NCBI GenBank assembly: GCA_965220175.1
Contig: OZ244814.1
Coordinates: 1,952,390-2,016,389 of the forward strand
Origin: Chloroflexota bacterium
GTDB lineage: Bacteria; Chloroflexota; UBA11872; VXOZ01
Length of the DNA: 64,000 nucleotides
Direction of reading: 5' to 3'
Shown here in pieces: positions 8,069 to 18,343 of this stretch (positions are counted from its first letter, which is position 1; each line of letters opens with the position of its first letter). Position numbers and translations under genes: made by a program. Below the pieces are notes generated by a model. That model ran no database searches and was not told where the DNA came from. It saw only the letters and a list, made by a program, of their open reading frames with translations.

Positions 8069-11068
8069 CTATTCATCTTCCTTTGGGAAGAGCACGACGC
8101 GAATATACTCGTCAAGCGTGATATAGCGCTCGGCGGCTGCGGATATCTCCTCCAAAGTCACTGCATCCAGGCGGTCCAAGTAGCTATTGACTGTGTCGAG
8201 CGGCAGGCCTCGTTGCAGAAGTGTTCGCATTTGGCCAATCCAGAAGGAATTCTCCTCCACCTGCTCTTCACGAGCGGAGCGGAAGAGCTCCTTCGCCGTA
8301 TCGAGGTACTTCTGCTCGCCGCCATTGATCAGCCAGTTCAGTTCTCGCTGAATTGCGGCAAAGAGTTCCTCAACACGATCGGGATCGCTGCCAAAGTAGG
8401 CGTAGATCTGGTACTCGGAATCTGGAATGGATGAAGTGGAAGCACTCACGCTCACACCGTAGGTACCACCGAGCTCCTCGCGGATCTCTTCACGCAAGCG
8501 AATTTGCAGGATTTCACCCATGAGGGCGACAGTCATGGCTTCGTCGAGGCTCCAATCGAAGTCGCCGGCAAATATCAGGATTGTCGTGCTGCGTGGCTCA
8601 ATGCCGAAGTAGACGGATTCGTCGGTAAGGCCGGACGGCGGGTCGATGTTGGGGTCGCTCCACTGCTCCGTGCGCCCGCTCGTAGGCAAGCTGGCTATGT
8701 ACGTCTCAGTTAGCGCGCGCAGTGCATCCCAGTCGAAGGCGCCCACGAACATGAATGTCGAGTCGCCCAGATCGGCAAACCGATCACTATATACGGTCAG
8801 AGCGGTTTCCATGTTCAATTCATCGAGCAGTTCAGCGGTGAGCGGGCGGCGCCGGTAGTGATCCTGGAACAGGATTCTCCGTACCTCATCGAAGAACAGT
8901 GTATCCGGATCCAAGAGGCGGTTCTCTGCTGCGTCGCGCAACCGGTCAACGTACGTGTCAAAGTAGACAGGGTCAATCATCGGCTGCGTAGCATAGAGTG
9001 TCATCAACTGGAACATCGTCTCCAGGTCCTGCGGCGAAGCACTGCCGCTGAGGCCCTCAAACTGCGCGCCAATGTAAGGCGACACCGAGACACGCTTGCC
9101 GGCCAATAGCTTATCGAGAGCAACGCTGTCGTGCGGGCCCGCGCCACTGCCGGCAACGAGCGAAGCGGCGTGCGTGGCGGAGTAGTAGTCCTCATCTGGT
9201 ACCAGTGAGTTGCCACCCGGGCTAAACGACCGGAAGATCACCTGATCGTTGTTGAAATCGGTTTGCTTTGCGTACACAGTGATGCCGTTGGAGAGGGTCC
9301 ACTTCACGGCATCGATAGATTCGATCTGCGCTTCCGCAGTAATAGAACCGGCAGCCGGGACATTCGCCAAGAGGGTCTGGTCGGCGGCTTCATCCTCATA
9401 GCCGGCCACTTCCAACGCGTGTGCGTTCACAAGCTGCTGGGTTACCGCCTCCTTCAGCTCGTCCGCGGTGCCGGGTCCAATGTCTTCGGGACCGGTTACC
9501 AGCAAGACGGTATTGCCGGGTTCGGTCCAGAAGGTCGCCAAGGCGTCGACCTCATCCAGGGTGATCTGCGGCAGGAGATGCTGGGTAAGTTCCCACTCCA
9601 TCTCGATGCCCGGTGCGACGATGCCGCTCAAGAAGTGCTCGATATACTCGTTGGCAAGCGATCTGGACTCCAGTTGGCCGCGCCTCTCAAAGTAACTTTC
9701 CATTTGGCTGAGCAGATTGGCTTTTTCACGCTCTAGCTCCGAAGTAGTGAAGCCATGCTGGCGTACCCGTTGCATCTCCTCGAGCATGGCGTTCAGGCCG
9801 GTCTCGACTCCGTCTTTTTCAACCCCAACCCCGAAGACGAGAATGTCCGCCGTATCCGAAAGACCGCTGCGGTAGGCGCTGGCACCAAGGTACGGGGGGT
9901 TTGGTGTACGGCTGAGCTCAAATAACCGCGCGTTGAACATCATGAATGACAACCGCTCTACCAGAATCCCCCGGTACGCTGCCAGCGTTTCGCCGAAACC
10001 CGATGGTATGGTGCGCACGACGAATGTGCTCGTGCCGGTTGCCTCAGGGTCGGTAAAGACCGTTACCCGCGGCTCGGCGTGGCTCGGCACTGGATAGCTG
10101 GGTCGTTCCGTAGGCGGCTGCACGGCGGCGCGCGCTTGCATCGCTTCGCCTTCCGGAGGCGGCGCAAAGTGGCGCTTCACCATGGCTTCCATTTCGGCGA
10201 CGTCGATGTCACCCACGACGACTACTGCCATCAGATTAGGTCGATACCAGCGCTCGTAGAACCCCCGCAGGTCGTCAGCGGTCGCCACCTCCAGAACCTC
10301 AAGTAGTCCGATAGGCAGACGCTCGGTATAGCGCGAAGTGCCAAATACCAAGGGTATCCAATGGTTGAGGAAGCGGTCTCCATATCCCAGTCTCGTTCGC
10401 CATTCTTCAATGACCACGCCGCGTTCCTTTTCGACCTCTTCCGGATCGAAGGTGATGGCGTAGGCCCAATCGCTGAGGATTTGGAATGCGGTTTCCAAGA
10501 CTTCAGGATCTTCTGTTGGAACCTCAAGATAATAGTTCGTAGTGTCAAAGCCGGTGGAGGCATTGAGGTCCGGCCCAAAGTTGACCCCGAGTGACTCGAG
10601 ATATTCAACGATTTGCTGCTTTTCAAAGCGCTCAGTGCCGTTAAAGGCCATGTGCTCGACGAAGTGCGCCAGACCACGCTCGGACTCTTCCTCGAGGACG
10701 GAGCCGGCACGCACGACCATCATCAATTGCACACGGTTCCTGGGTTCTTCATTGTGCCGGACGTAATACGTCATGCCGTTGCTGAGCTTGCCGAACGTCA
10801 CCACAGGGTCAAGCGGCAACACAGAGTCAGGTGTAAGCTCCGCCACCGGAATCGGCGTCGGTGCGACAGGCTCAGGCGGCGGCGTGGGTGCCGGGACTTC
10901 CGTGGCGGCCGGCGGGGCCGTCGGCGCCGGTGGGGGCTCCGCTACCGGCTGTACGCTGCACGCGGCGAGCCATGCAGCCAAGAACACAAACAGAAGGGCA
11001 ACGAACGATGACTTTATATTCTTAGGCACCGAAAACTCCTTGCTGTGACCACTCAAGAGCGACGTCAT
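8069..11068 (-). CDS. M16 (insulinase/PqqL-like) zinc peptidase, lipoprotein
   Basis: GLAHFVEHMAF (HxxEH), ERGVVIEE, second half with LRLREEIREELGGTY-like motif; LAAC lipobox and Pro-rich linker. Confidence 0.92.
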   Translation of the reverse strand: MTSLLSGHSKEFSVPKNIKSSFVALLFVFLAAWLAACSVQPVAEPPPAPTAPPAATEVPAPTPPPEPVAPTPIPVAELTPDSVLPLDPVVTFGKLSNGMTYYVRHNEEPRNRVQLMMVVRAGSVLEEESERGLAHFVEHMAFNGTERFEKQQIVEYLESLGVNFGPDLNASTGFDTTNYYLEVPTEDPEVLETAFQILSDWAYAITFDPEEVEKERGVVIEEWRTRLGYGDRFLNHWIPLVFGTSRYTERLPIGLLEVLEVATADDLRGFYERWYRPNLMAVVVVGDIDVAEMEAMVKRHFAPPPEGEAMQARAAVQPPTERPSYPVPSHAEPRVTVFTDPEATGTSTFVVRTIPSGFGETLAAYRGILVERLSFMMFNARLFELSRTPNPPYLGASAYRSGLSDTADILVFGVGVEKDGVETGLNAMLEEMQRVRQHGFTTSELEREKANLLSQMESYFERRGQLESRSLANEYIEHFLSGIVAPGIEMEWELTQHLLPQITLDEVDALATFWTEPGNTVLLVTGPEDIGPGTADELKEAVTQQLVNAHALEVAGYEDEAADQTLLANVPAAGSITAEAQIESIDAVKWTLSNGITVYAKQTDFNNDQVIFRSFSPGGNSLVPDEDYYSATHAASLVAGSGAGPHDSVALDKLLAGKRVSVSPYIGAQFEGLSGSASPQDLETMFQLMTLYATQPMIDPVYFDTYVDRLRDAAENRLLDPDTLFFDEVRRILFQDHYRRRPLTAELLDELNMETALTVYSDRFADLGDSTFMFVGAFDWDALRALTETYIASLPTSGRTEQWSDPNIDPPSGLTDESVYFGIEPRSTTILIFAGDFDWSLDEAMTVALMGEILQIRLREEIREELGGTYGVSVSASTSSIPDSEYQIYAYFGSDPDRVEELFAAIQRELNWLINGGEQKYLDTAKELFRSAREEQVEENSFWIGQMRTLLQRGLPLDTVNSYLDRLDAVTLEEISAAAERYITLDEYIRVVLFPKEDE

Positions 11069-11368
11069 TGTCTAGGTTGCGGCCCGGCACTAGCACCTGC
11101 CTTGACCGTGTAGCGCGGGGGTTCATGTGTTGCTCAGCTCTTGCTGCGAATCATGAATCGTGCTCGACACGAATCTATGGGCAAATGGTATTCGGAAATG
11201 CACCCGAGCACCTTCGTTCGCGGTGCTCATACCACATAGATTCAACCCAGACTAAGTGCTGGATTGACTTCCTGTCAGGCCCAAATACATCCCCAATGCA
11301 AGAGCCTTACGATTTAATTGTAGCATAGCGTTACGCAATGAGCGTCGCGCGCCGCAGGGGAATTCTGC

Positions 11369-12472
11369 CTAGGGGCCGCCAAGGCGCAGGCTGCGATCCT
11401 CTAGCGGCAAATCCAGACGGCGGCCGCTGCGGTAAGACTCGCGGATGGCGATGCCGATCTCCAGGGCTTCGCGGCCGAATTCGCCGGGGCAGGACTCTTC
11501 CACGCCGGCTTCGATTGAGCGGGCGATGCCTTCGATGGCATCGGTCATGGAGCTGCGGGGGCGCCACGGAAACGGGAATTGCCGTTGATGTTCGCCGTCT
11601 AATTCCTCTTCGCCAAGTCCCCAGAGCTCGAACCAGGCGTGGTGGTTGCGAGTGAAGACGCGGCCGCGCTCGCAATTGAACTCCATGGTCCAACTCCGCC
11701 AGGGCGCTTGGGAGTTCACGAAGCCCAACACGCCGTTCTCGTAGCCGAACATGCCGGAGCCCCTCTGGTCCTCATTAGTCATCGCTAATTCAGGGTCGTC
11801 CATGTGCCCTTGTACCCAGCGCGCGGGTGAGCCTACAAACAACGCGAAGAGGCACAGCACATGGCTGTAGATATTCGACAGCGGCATGGGGCTTTGGCAG
11901 ACTACCGACCGTAACGGGCCAAGCTCACCGCTGTCGATGAGAGCCTTCGCATTGACATAAGGACCATACCAATTGAGGTGGGCCGCGATGGCAAGGATAG
12001 TGCCGGTGCGGCGGCAGACTTCGATCATGGCATCGGCCTCGGCAAGTGTGCGGCACATAGGCTTGGTGGCGTAAATGGCTTTGACGCCGGCCTCGGCCAA
12101 TGCGGTAACGGCCTCCGCGCGTTCCACCGGTCCCGTGGTGACGCAGACAATGTCGGGTTGTTCCTTGGCCACCATCTCGCTCAGGTCGGTGTAGAGCGCT
12201 TTCACACCCCACCGTTCGCTAAAGTAATCAAGCCGCCTTTGCTCAAAGTCGACACCGGCGACAAGCTCCACGTTGCGGGCTTCTATGATGGCCGGTGCAT
12301 GTGCCCACGGCCAGGGATAGTGCGGCTTACCGACGTGCTCGTCGTCTATGGTGCTGCCCATGCGGCCACAGCCGACGACCGCGGCGCGATAATGGCCTTT
12401 GGGCGCCGATGCGGCCGCTACCAGATCGGCGCGGGGTCCTTCCCAATCCGGATCGTTGGAACGAATTCTCAT
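11369..12472 (-). CDS. Gfo/Idh/MocA family oxidoreductase
   Basis: VVGCGRMG Rossmann motif, PDIVCVTT, TKPM variant of EKP. Confidence 0.88.
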   Translation of the reverse strand: MRIRSNDPDWEGPRADLVAAASAPKGHYRAAVVGCGRMGSTIDDEHVGKPHYPWPWAHAPAIIEARNVELVAGVDFEQRRLDYFSERWGVKALYTDLSEMVAKEQPDIVCVTTGPVERAEAVTALAEAGVKAIYATKPMCRTLAEADAMIEVCRRTGTILAIAAHLNWYGPYVNAKALIDSGELGPLRSVVCQSPMPLSNIYSHVLCLFALFVGSPARWVQGHMDDPELAMTNEDQRGSGMFGYENGVLGFVNSQAPWRSWTMEFNCERGRVFTRNHHAWFELWGLGEEELDGEHQRQFPFPWRPRSSMTDAIEGIARSIEAGVEESCPGEFGREALEIGIAIRESYRSGRRLDLPLEDRSLRLGGP

Positions 12473-12550
12473 TGCATAACTCCAGTTTCTTGCTGATGGA
12501 TGCTAGATACTGGGCCAGGATACGAAAACATGGTGAGTTTGCCGCACAGA

Positions 12551-13222
12551 CTACTTGCGCCTCGACCCCGCATAGGCTACAAATCCACCCGCACCGACGA
12601 TGAGTAGTGCGCCGGCTAGGACTAGCGCAAAGATCCATCCTGCGCTGATGTCAGTTGCAGCGACTTCAGAGTCCGCAGGCGCCGGTCCTTTTGTCCCGGC
12701 TTTCGGAGCTTCACCCGCTCCGAGCGCTTCGAGGTCGGCTTGCGCTGCGCTCAGGAGAGCGGTGCGGCTGCAGATGCTGGCCGTGTAGCTATCGTCGCCA
12801 TAGTGGCTGTCAGACGCGTAGACGATGTACTCCTCACCTTCCACGAACGTGTAGCCGCAACTGCCGCCGGTTGGCGGCGTCGTGATGTACGTGGTTTCGT
12901 GGACGACGCCCTTCCAAACTGCACTGACCTCGAACCCGATGGTGGAGCGGTCATCGGGAGTGACCGTCTTTCCCTCCGGGTCGTAGGAGTGTTGTACTGA
13001 GATGACCTTGCCCGCGAAAACCGCGTCGAACTTTCCAATCTCTTCCAAAGGAGGGCCCGGCTCGGCACACTTGCAGGCGTACGCTTGCCCTGCGGAAACG
13101 AGAAACCAAGCGAGACTAATCACGAAAGCAAGTAACAGTACATAAATGGGCGCAAAATTGAAGCCAAGACTTTCACGCCTAACAATTGAAGTCTGCATCA
13201 GTGACTCCTGAACTGTCCGCAT
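12551..13222 (-). CDS. Secreted, C-terminally anchored TIMP/NTR-like protein
   Basis: Signal peptide AYA|CKC, VFAGKV, FEVSAVWKG, SCGYTF..GEEYIVYA, SICSRT; C-terminal TM with basic tail. Confidence 0.75.
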   Translation of the reverse strand: MRTVQESLMQTSIVRRESLGFNFAPIYVLLLAFVISLAWFLVSAGQAYACKCAEPGPPLEEIGKFDAVFAGKVISVQHSYDPEGKTVTPDDRSTIGFEVSAVWKGVVHETTYITTPPTGGSCGYTFVEGEEYIVYASDSHYGDDSYTASICSRTALLSAAQADLEALGAGEAPKAGTKGPAPADSEVAATDISAGWIFALVLAGALLIVGAGGFVAYAGSRRK

Positions 13223-13437
13223 TCCCTGTGGTAAGGCAGCGATCGGGTTCGTTGCTAATGCTCAGTATATTGCATAGACGCGTGAATCGTAAGTGTGCCT
13301 TTGCTGCCCTTAACAGGCAAAGTGTACTCAGGTTCTTCGTGCCCAGTCCAAGTCCTTCGAGCTTGAGAGTCATGCATCAATGATGGTATATACTCTTGGG
13401 GCTGGTTTCAAAGCACGAATAGAGAGGAGAAGGGTGT

Positions 13438-13884
13438 ATGCCTGTCGTAAGATTCATAGCGGCATTCGTCGTTTACACGGTGATTGACATAGGGTGGAAC
13501 TTCTCGCCCATTGCGCAGAACATGTACGAGAGTCTGTATGCGGAGAGCGGCAACAACGAACTCTTCGATAGCTTTGGTAAGCAGCCGGATACGTGGGGCG
13601 GGGGCGAGTTGGTTTCTTTGCTAGCATTTCTCTTGCTGATTGCGCTCGCCAATAGCTACCTGGCGATTGAGCCGGCTGTGAAGGAACGCAACCTGCGCAA
13701 AGCGATGCAGAATAGCTTTGTGCTGGGCTGCGCGGCCTACGCTACCTACATCGTGCCGATCTTCCTGATGATTTCCACGTGGCCGGGCATTCTGGTGCCT
13801 GTGGACATTCTCATCGGCGGCTTGCTGAGCCTCATTACCTCGACGGTCATAACCTATGTGACTCTGCGGCGAACGAGCGCCTAG
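13438..13884 (+). CDS. Small multi-TM membrane protein (DUF2177-like)
   Basis: Four hydrophobic segments, LGCAAYATY and W...VDI..G patterns; AGGAG RBS. Confidence 0.6.
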   Translation: MPVVRFIAAFVVYTVIDIGWNFSPIAQNMYESLYAESGNNELFDSFGKQPDTWGGGELVSLLAFLLLIALANSYLAIEPAVKERNLRKAMQNSFVLGCAAYATYIVPIFLMISTWPGILVPVDILIGGLLSLITSTVITYVTLRRTSA

Positions 13885-13996
13885 AGTCGTGCAAGAACAA
13901 CTGACCCGGATGAGGGCGCATAGTCATTGATCGCTCCGTGGCGTTGGCGAAGCTTGCCTACCGCAAATGACTCTAAGTGTGACGGGGAAAAGTGAG

Positions 13997-14638
13997 CTAC
14001 GCAGTTTCGGCTTCTTCACCGGTGTAGAACGCGGTCGTGTTCCCTGCCGCGGCCTGCGCGTTCTCCGTGCCGGTTCCGGCTGCAATTGACGCTTGCGCCC
14101 AGCCCTCGCTGCTGCCGGTGATAAAGGCCTTGCCGTCTGCTGAGGTGGCAAACTCCATTTCGTCCGGTTTGGTCCAGTCCGGCTGCGCGAGATAGAGCGC
14201 GAGTCCCAGGAAACCCATCTCCCAGCCGACGCCGACCGCGCCCGGGCCGAATTGATCCCAAAACGGCGACAGCAGGGCAGTGTGCGTCAGTGACAGTTGC
14301 GCGCTACCATCCCCAGTGGCTTTCGAGCGCACCTCCACCCAACTCACATCCCCGGCAAACTCCCAGGTGAGGGCAAAGTGCGCCAGCGGCTCGCACGCCG
14401 TGACCGTACCGCTCGCATTGCCCTCAATTTGGTAACGCCCGCCAAGCGCAAGCTCGCCGCTGACCCCCGCAAACCAGCGCGGAATGCGCTCGGCATTTGT
14501 CACGGCATCCCACAGGTCCTCAAGTGATGTTGCAAACTCACGCGAGAGTGTCACCCCGCTGGCGGGCTTCCCGTCACGCTCCTGGTAACTCACCGTGCGC
14601 TTCATCGCGTTGAGGTGGCTGCTTACGTCAAGTTCCAT
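13997..14638 (-). CDS. SRPBCC/AHSA1 (START-like) domain protein
   Basis: DLWDAVT.AERIPRWF, GGRYQIEGNASG, GPGAVGVGWE. Confidence 0.88.
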   Translation of the reverse strand: MELDVSSHLNAMKRTVSYQERDGKPASGVTLSREFATSLEDLWDAVTNAERIPRWFAGVSGELALGGRYQIEGNASGTVTACEPLAHFALTWEFAGDVSWVEVRSKATGDGSAQLSLTHTALLSPFWDQFGPGAVGVGWEMGFLGLALYLAQPDWTKPDEMEFATSADGKAFITGSSEGWAQASIAAGTGTENAQAAAGNTTAFYTGEEAETA

Positions 14639-14745
14639 AGTCTTATCCGAAAGTCCTATTGGTATCGACTGTTTCGCTGAATTACGGTGTTGACTGTTAA
14701 GGTTTTTCGTGCATTGAAACGCGGTTGCATCTCTAGTGAACGAAT

Positions 14746-15261
14746 CTACATCCGCGCATCCGCGAATACATCCAAGAGCTTTTCCCTCAGCGGGCTAGCG
14801 GCGGAGAGAAGACCACAAAGCCTTTCCGCTACTGCGCTCTTGTCAGGAATCTTCCAGTCGGGGTACACGAACACGTGAGAGTGGATGTGCTCTCTCAGTC
14901 CATCCTCGTTGTACATCTGTTTGGCCGCCAGAAGCTCCTCGAGTAGAGCCAGATGGTGCGCGTCTCCGTGTTCTCTGCCGGCCCGCTTGTGGCAGATCTC
15001 AGTGTGCTCATGGAATGCGCCTAAATCTGCACGCGTTGGGTCGGCTTGGACATAGCTCCTAGCAACATAGATGTTGCCGTCATGATCATATATCGCCATG
15101 TCAGGCCCAAGAGGCGCGAGAGGCCAAGGGTCGCAGGTCGAATACGTGATCTCAATCCCGGCAACAACCGTCGTTCGCGTCTCTTGGACGGCTTCCTTGG
15201 TCTGGCGCAAAATTCGGTCGATCTCTTCGCCTTCGTGAGGCAGTCGTATCTTGCGAGCCAT
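14746..15261 (-). CDS. Hypothetical protein with HExxE/His cluster
   Basis: 171-aa ORF co-oriented with neighbours; AFHEHTE...AHHLALLEE. Confidence 0.6.
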   Translation of the reverse strand: MARKIRLPHEGEEIDRILRQTKEAVQETRTTVVAGIEITYSTCDPWPLAPLGPDMAIYDHDGNIYVARSYVQADPTRADLGAFHEHTEICHKRAGREHGDAHHLALLEELLAAKQMYNEDGLREHIHSHVFVYPDWKIPDKSAVAERLCGLLSAASPLREKLLDVFADARM

Positions 15262-15412
15262 GTCATCCCTGCCCTGCTAGTTGTGTCGGGCTCTCGGCTT
15301 AGTCTCAGAATCTTCAGCGCAGGCAAGAGCAGTTTTGTACGTTTTGCATCCGAATCTACCGACCCTTGCGTACAATCTGATAGTCGTTTCACCAACTAAT
15401 TTGAAAGAGGCA

Positions 15413-17053
15413 CTAGTCGAACTTTGACCTGCGCCCTTCCATATTGCTATGGACGTCCAACACTACGGTCTTACCGTCGGCGTTCAACTGTTGGGCCTCC
15501 ATCAGGGCGGGCGCTATTTCAGCGGGGGCCTTAACGGTGATGCCCACCGCGCCCATACCCTCGGCGATTTTGGCGTAGTCGCCGCCCATTTTGGTGAGGT
15601 CGTAGCGTGCTCGCGCTTCCGGATACCCTCCCGGGTAGGTAGCCATGTCGCCGTTATTCAAGACAACCGTTGTGATCGGAGCATTGGCGCGCACGGAAGT
15701 TTCGATGTCGAGGCCGGACATGCCAAAGGCGCCGTCTCCCATGAAATTGAGACAGAATTTGTCGGGCTTTGCCATTTTCGCGCCAATCATCAGGGGAATG
15801 CCGAAGCCGAGGTGGGTTGTTTTTCCCCAGCCGATGTAGCTGTGCGGGACCGTTGCCGTATAGAAGGGCATGATCGAGTCGCGGGGCGCGCCGGCATCGT
15901 GGGTGACGATGCTGTTCTCTTTGTCCAGCGTCCGCTCAATCTCTCCGATCACACGGTAGGTATTGATGGGCACTTCATCGGACTCCAGGAGCGGCCGCCA
16001 CTCGGCGAGCCACTGCTCTCTCAGCGCACTGATCTCCGTGGCGACCTGACCGGTGTTCTCCCGCCCGGATTCGCCGATCTGCGCTTTCACCTCTGCGATC
16101 ATCATCCGCAGCGTGAGCTTCGCGTCCCCCGGCAGACCGACGGCAACGGAATAATCCTTATTAATGTCCTCAACGCGGTCGACGTTGTGGATGATGGTCT
16201 TGCCATCCGGAATGGCCTGGCCGTACGTCGTTCTGGTCATGCTCGAGCCGACGGCAAAGAGCACGTCGGACTCTTGCAGCCAATGCCAAGCCGGCAAGGT
16301 AGTGGCGAGGCTGCCGGCGCCGAGCGCCAGGGGATGTCGCTCGTCAAAGGAAGACTTGCCGGGCATGGTGCAATACACCGGAATCTGGGTAAGTTCTGCC
16401 AACTCCCGCAATTCTTCGGTTGCGCCCGCAAACAAGACTCCCATACCGGACCAAATAACCGGCTTCTTGGCGTCCAGGAGCAGCCGGACGGCATCCTTGA
16501 CGTCGCCTTCCGACGGTTGTTGCGGAGAACTCTGGGGCGATTGATAGTCTGCTGCCCCATCCGGGACTTCCTCAGTGTCCATATTGTAGGGAATCTCAAC
16601 AATCACGGGGCCGGGAGGTCCGTTGTGGAGCGCATGGAACGCCCGCCGCATCGTGCTGACTACCTGGCTGGGATGCAAAATGACTTCGCCGCGTTTCGAG
16701 ACGCTTTGATAAGTGCGGACCGGTGAGAAATCCGGCCGTACGGCATAGCGGTTCAACAGCGGGCCTGCAGTGAAGTACAGTATCGGTACGTTATCGGCGA
16801 AGGCCTGCGCCAGCCCGCCCATGGAATTCTCCCCGCCAGGGCCGCCCTGGGTGATCACGACGCCAAACTTCGAGCGATCGTTGACGCGGCTGAAACCGTC
16901 GGCGGCCATGATGGCGCCCCGCTCCTGCCGGAACATGACGGTCCGAATGCCTTCCCGGGCAACCACCTCGATGAGCTCGTTGGAGGGGAAACCCGAGACC
17001 CACTCCACGCCTTCGGCTTTCAGTATTTTGGCGACGGTCTCCAGCACGTTCAT
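15413..17053 (-). CDS. Thiamine pyrophosphate-dependent enzyme (acetolactate synthase-like)
   Basis: RQERGAIMAADGFSR, GPGGEN, GDGAFGM...VLNN TPP motif. Confidence 0.92.
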   Translation of the reverse strand: MNVLETVAKILKAEGVEWVSGFPSNELIEVVAREGIRTVMFRQERGAIMAADGFSRVNDRSKFGVVITQGGPGGENSMGGLAQAFADNVPILYFTAGPLLNRYAVRPDFSPVRTYQSVSKRGEVILHPSQVVSTMRRAFHALHNGPPGPVIVEIPYNMDTEEVPDGAADYQSPQSSPQQPSEGDVKDAVRLLLDAKKPVIWSGMGVLFAGATEELRELAELTQIPVYCTMPGKSSFDERHPLALGAGSLATTLPAWHWLQESDVLFAVGSSMTRTTYGQAIPDGKTIIHNVDRVEDINKDYSVAVGLPGDAKLTLRMMIAEVKAQIGESGRENTGQVATEISALREQWLAEWRPLLESDEVPINTYRVIGEIERTLDKENSIVTHDAGAPRDSIMPFYTATVPHSYIGWGKTTHLGFGIPLMIGAKMAKPDKFCLNFMGDGAFGMSGLDIETSVRANAPITTVVLNNGDMATYPGGYPEARARYDLTKMGGDYAKIAEGMGAVGITVKAPAEIAPALMEAQQLNADGKTVVLDVHSNMEGRRSKFD

Positions 17054-17147
17054 GATGTTTCTCCTTTAGGACCTAAAGGGCTGCTCCGCGGGGCTAAACC
17101 CGGACTGACATTCAGACTAGTTGCAGGTGAGGGTGCGCGATCCGCGC

Positions 17148-18158
17148 TCAGGTCTGCCACTTCAGCAGGCCCGACCCGGCTAGCACCGACGGATTGACAC
17201 AAGATAGAGGCTGGCGGCCGCTCAAGACCAACGCAACCTCCATGCCCACGCGACGCTTGCTCACTGCGAGCACCCTGGATGACGCGGAAGCGATGTGAGG
17301 TGTCAACGTCACGTTCTCCATGCTGAAAAGGGGATTTTGGGGATCGGGTGGTTCTTGCTCCAGCACGTCCAAGGCGGCGTGCGCTATCCACCCTTCGTCA
17401 AGCGCCCGTATCATCGCCGCCTCATCTACGGTCGTTCCCCGACCGGTGTTAACGAAGATTGCGGTGGGCTGCATGAGCCTGAATTGCTCCTCACCAATCA
17501 TCTTGGTGGTGCCGGCGGATCCCGGGAGATGGTTGGCGATGATATCCGACCGCTGTAACAGCTCTGTGAGCCCGACCGGTTCCACGCCGTATTGGATCAT
17601 AAGGGTCTCCATGACGTAAGGGTCATGGGCAAGGAGACGGAGTCCGAACGGCTTTAGCAACGGCACGACGGCCCTGGGAATGTTGCCAAAGGAAACAAAC
17701 CCAAGCGTCCGGCCGAACAGCCGCGGCAACAGACGCATGGGTGCATGCCCTTCCCACCAGTACCCCTGCCTGACCGTCTTGTCCATTAGCAGCAGCCGGC
17801 GATGGGCGGCCAGGATAAGCGTAACCGTGTGCTCTGCAACCTCCTGGACATTGATATCCGGGCAGTTGGTTACCGGGATTCCCTTGGCCGTGGCTGTGGC
17901 AACGGCGACGTGGTTGGTGCCAACGCTGTCCAACGCGATGATCCTACACTTTGTGAGGCCAGCGATCACCTTCTCCGAAAGCCCATGCCCACTGAGGATG
18001 AGAGCGTCGGCGTCTTTGGCTTTCTTCAGGAATTCCTCGTCAGTCTCCGCTGCAACTTCCACAATCCGGGCATCAACGCCCTGCAACGCTTCCAGCTCGC
18101 ATGTGTAGTCGCCAGGCGCGTTGGGTCGGCCCCAGGACACGATCGTGTACCTCGCCAC
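17148..18158 (-). CDS. D-isomer-specific 2-hydroxyacid dehydrogenase (CtBP-like)
   Basis: EVAEH, FVNTGRG, LDVLEQEP, LTPHIAS. Confidence 0.9.
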   Translation of the reverse strand: MARYTIVSWGRPNAPGDYTCELEALQGVDARIVEVAAETDEEFLKKAKDADALILSGHGLSEKVIAGLTKCRIIALDSVGTNHVAVATATAKGIPVTNCPDINVQEVAEHTVTLILAAHRRLLLMDKTVRQGYWWEGHAPMRLLPRLFGRTLGFVSFGNIPRAVVPLLKPFGLRLLAHDPYVMETLMIQYGVEPVGLTELLQRSDIIANHLPGSAGTTKMIGEEQFRLMQPTAIFVNTGRGTTVDEAAMIRALDEGWIAHAALDVLEQEPPDPQNPLFSMENVTLTPHIASASSRVLAVSKRRVGMEVALVLSGRQPLSCVNPSVLAGSGLLKWQT

Positions 18159-18343
18159 ATTATCCCTCCGACGATCACTCTTGGATCACTCTGCTAGGCC
18201 GAAAAATGGGGTTTGGCGTAGCCTGTGGTATGGCTCCGCAATTCACGACTGTGGGAAGTTCGAAGCTTCCGATCCCGAGCCCAACTTAGCCGCAAATTCA
18301 ATGCTGCCTCATTTGCCGACCGGATGAGCAGTCACTCCATTCA

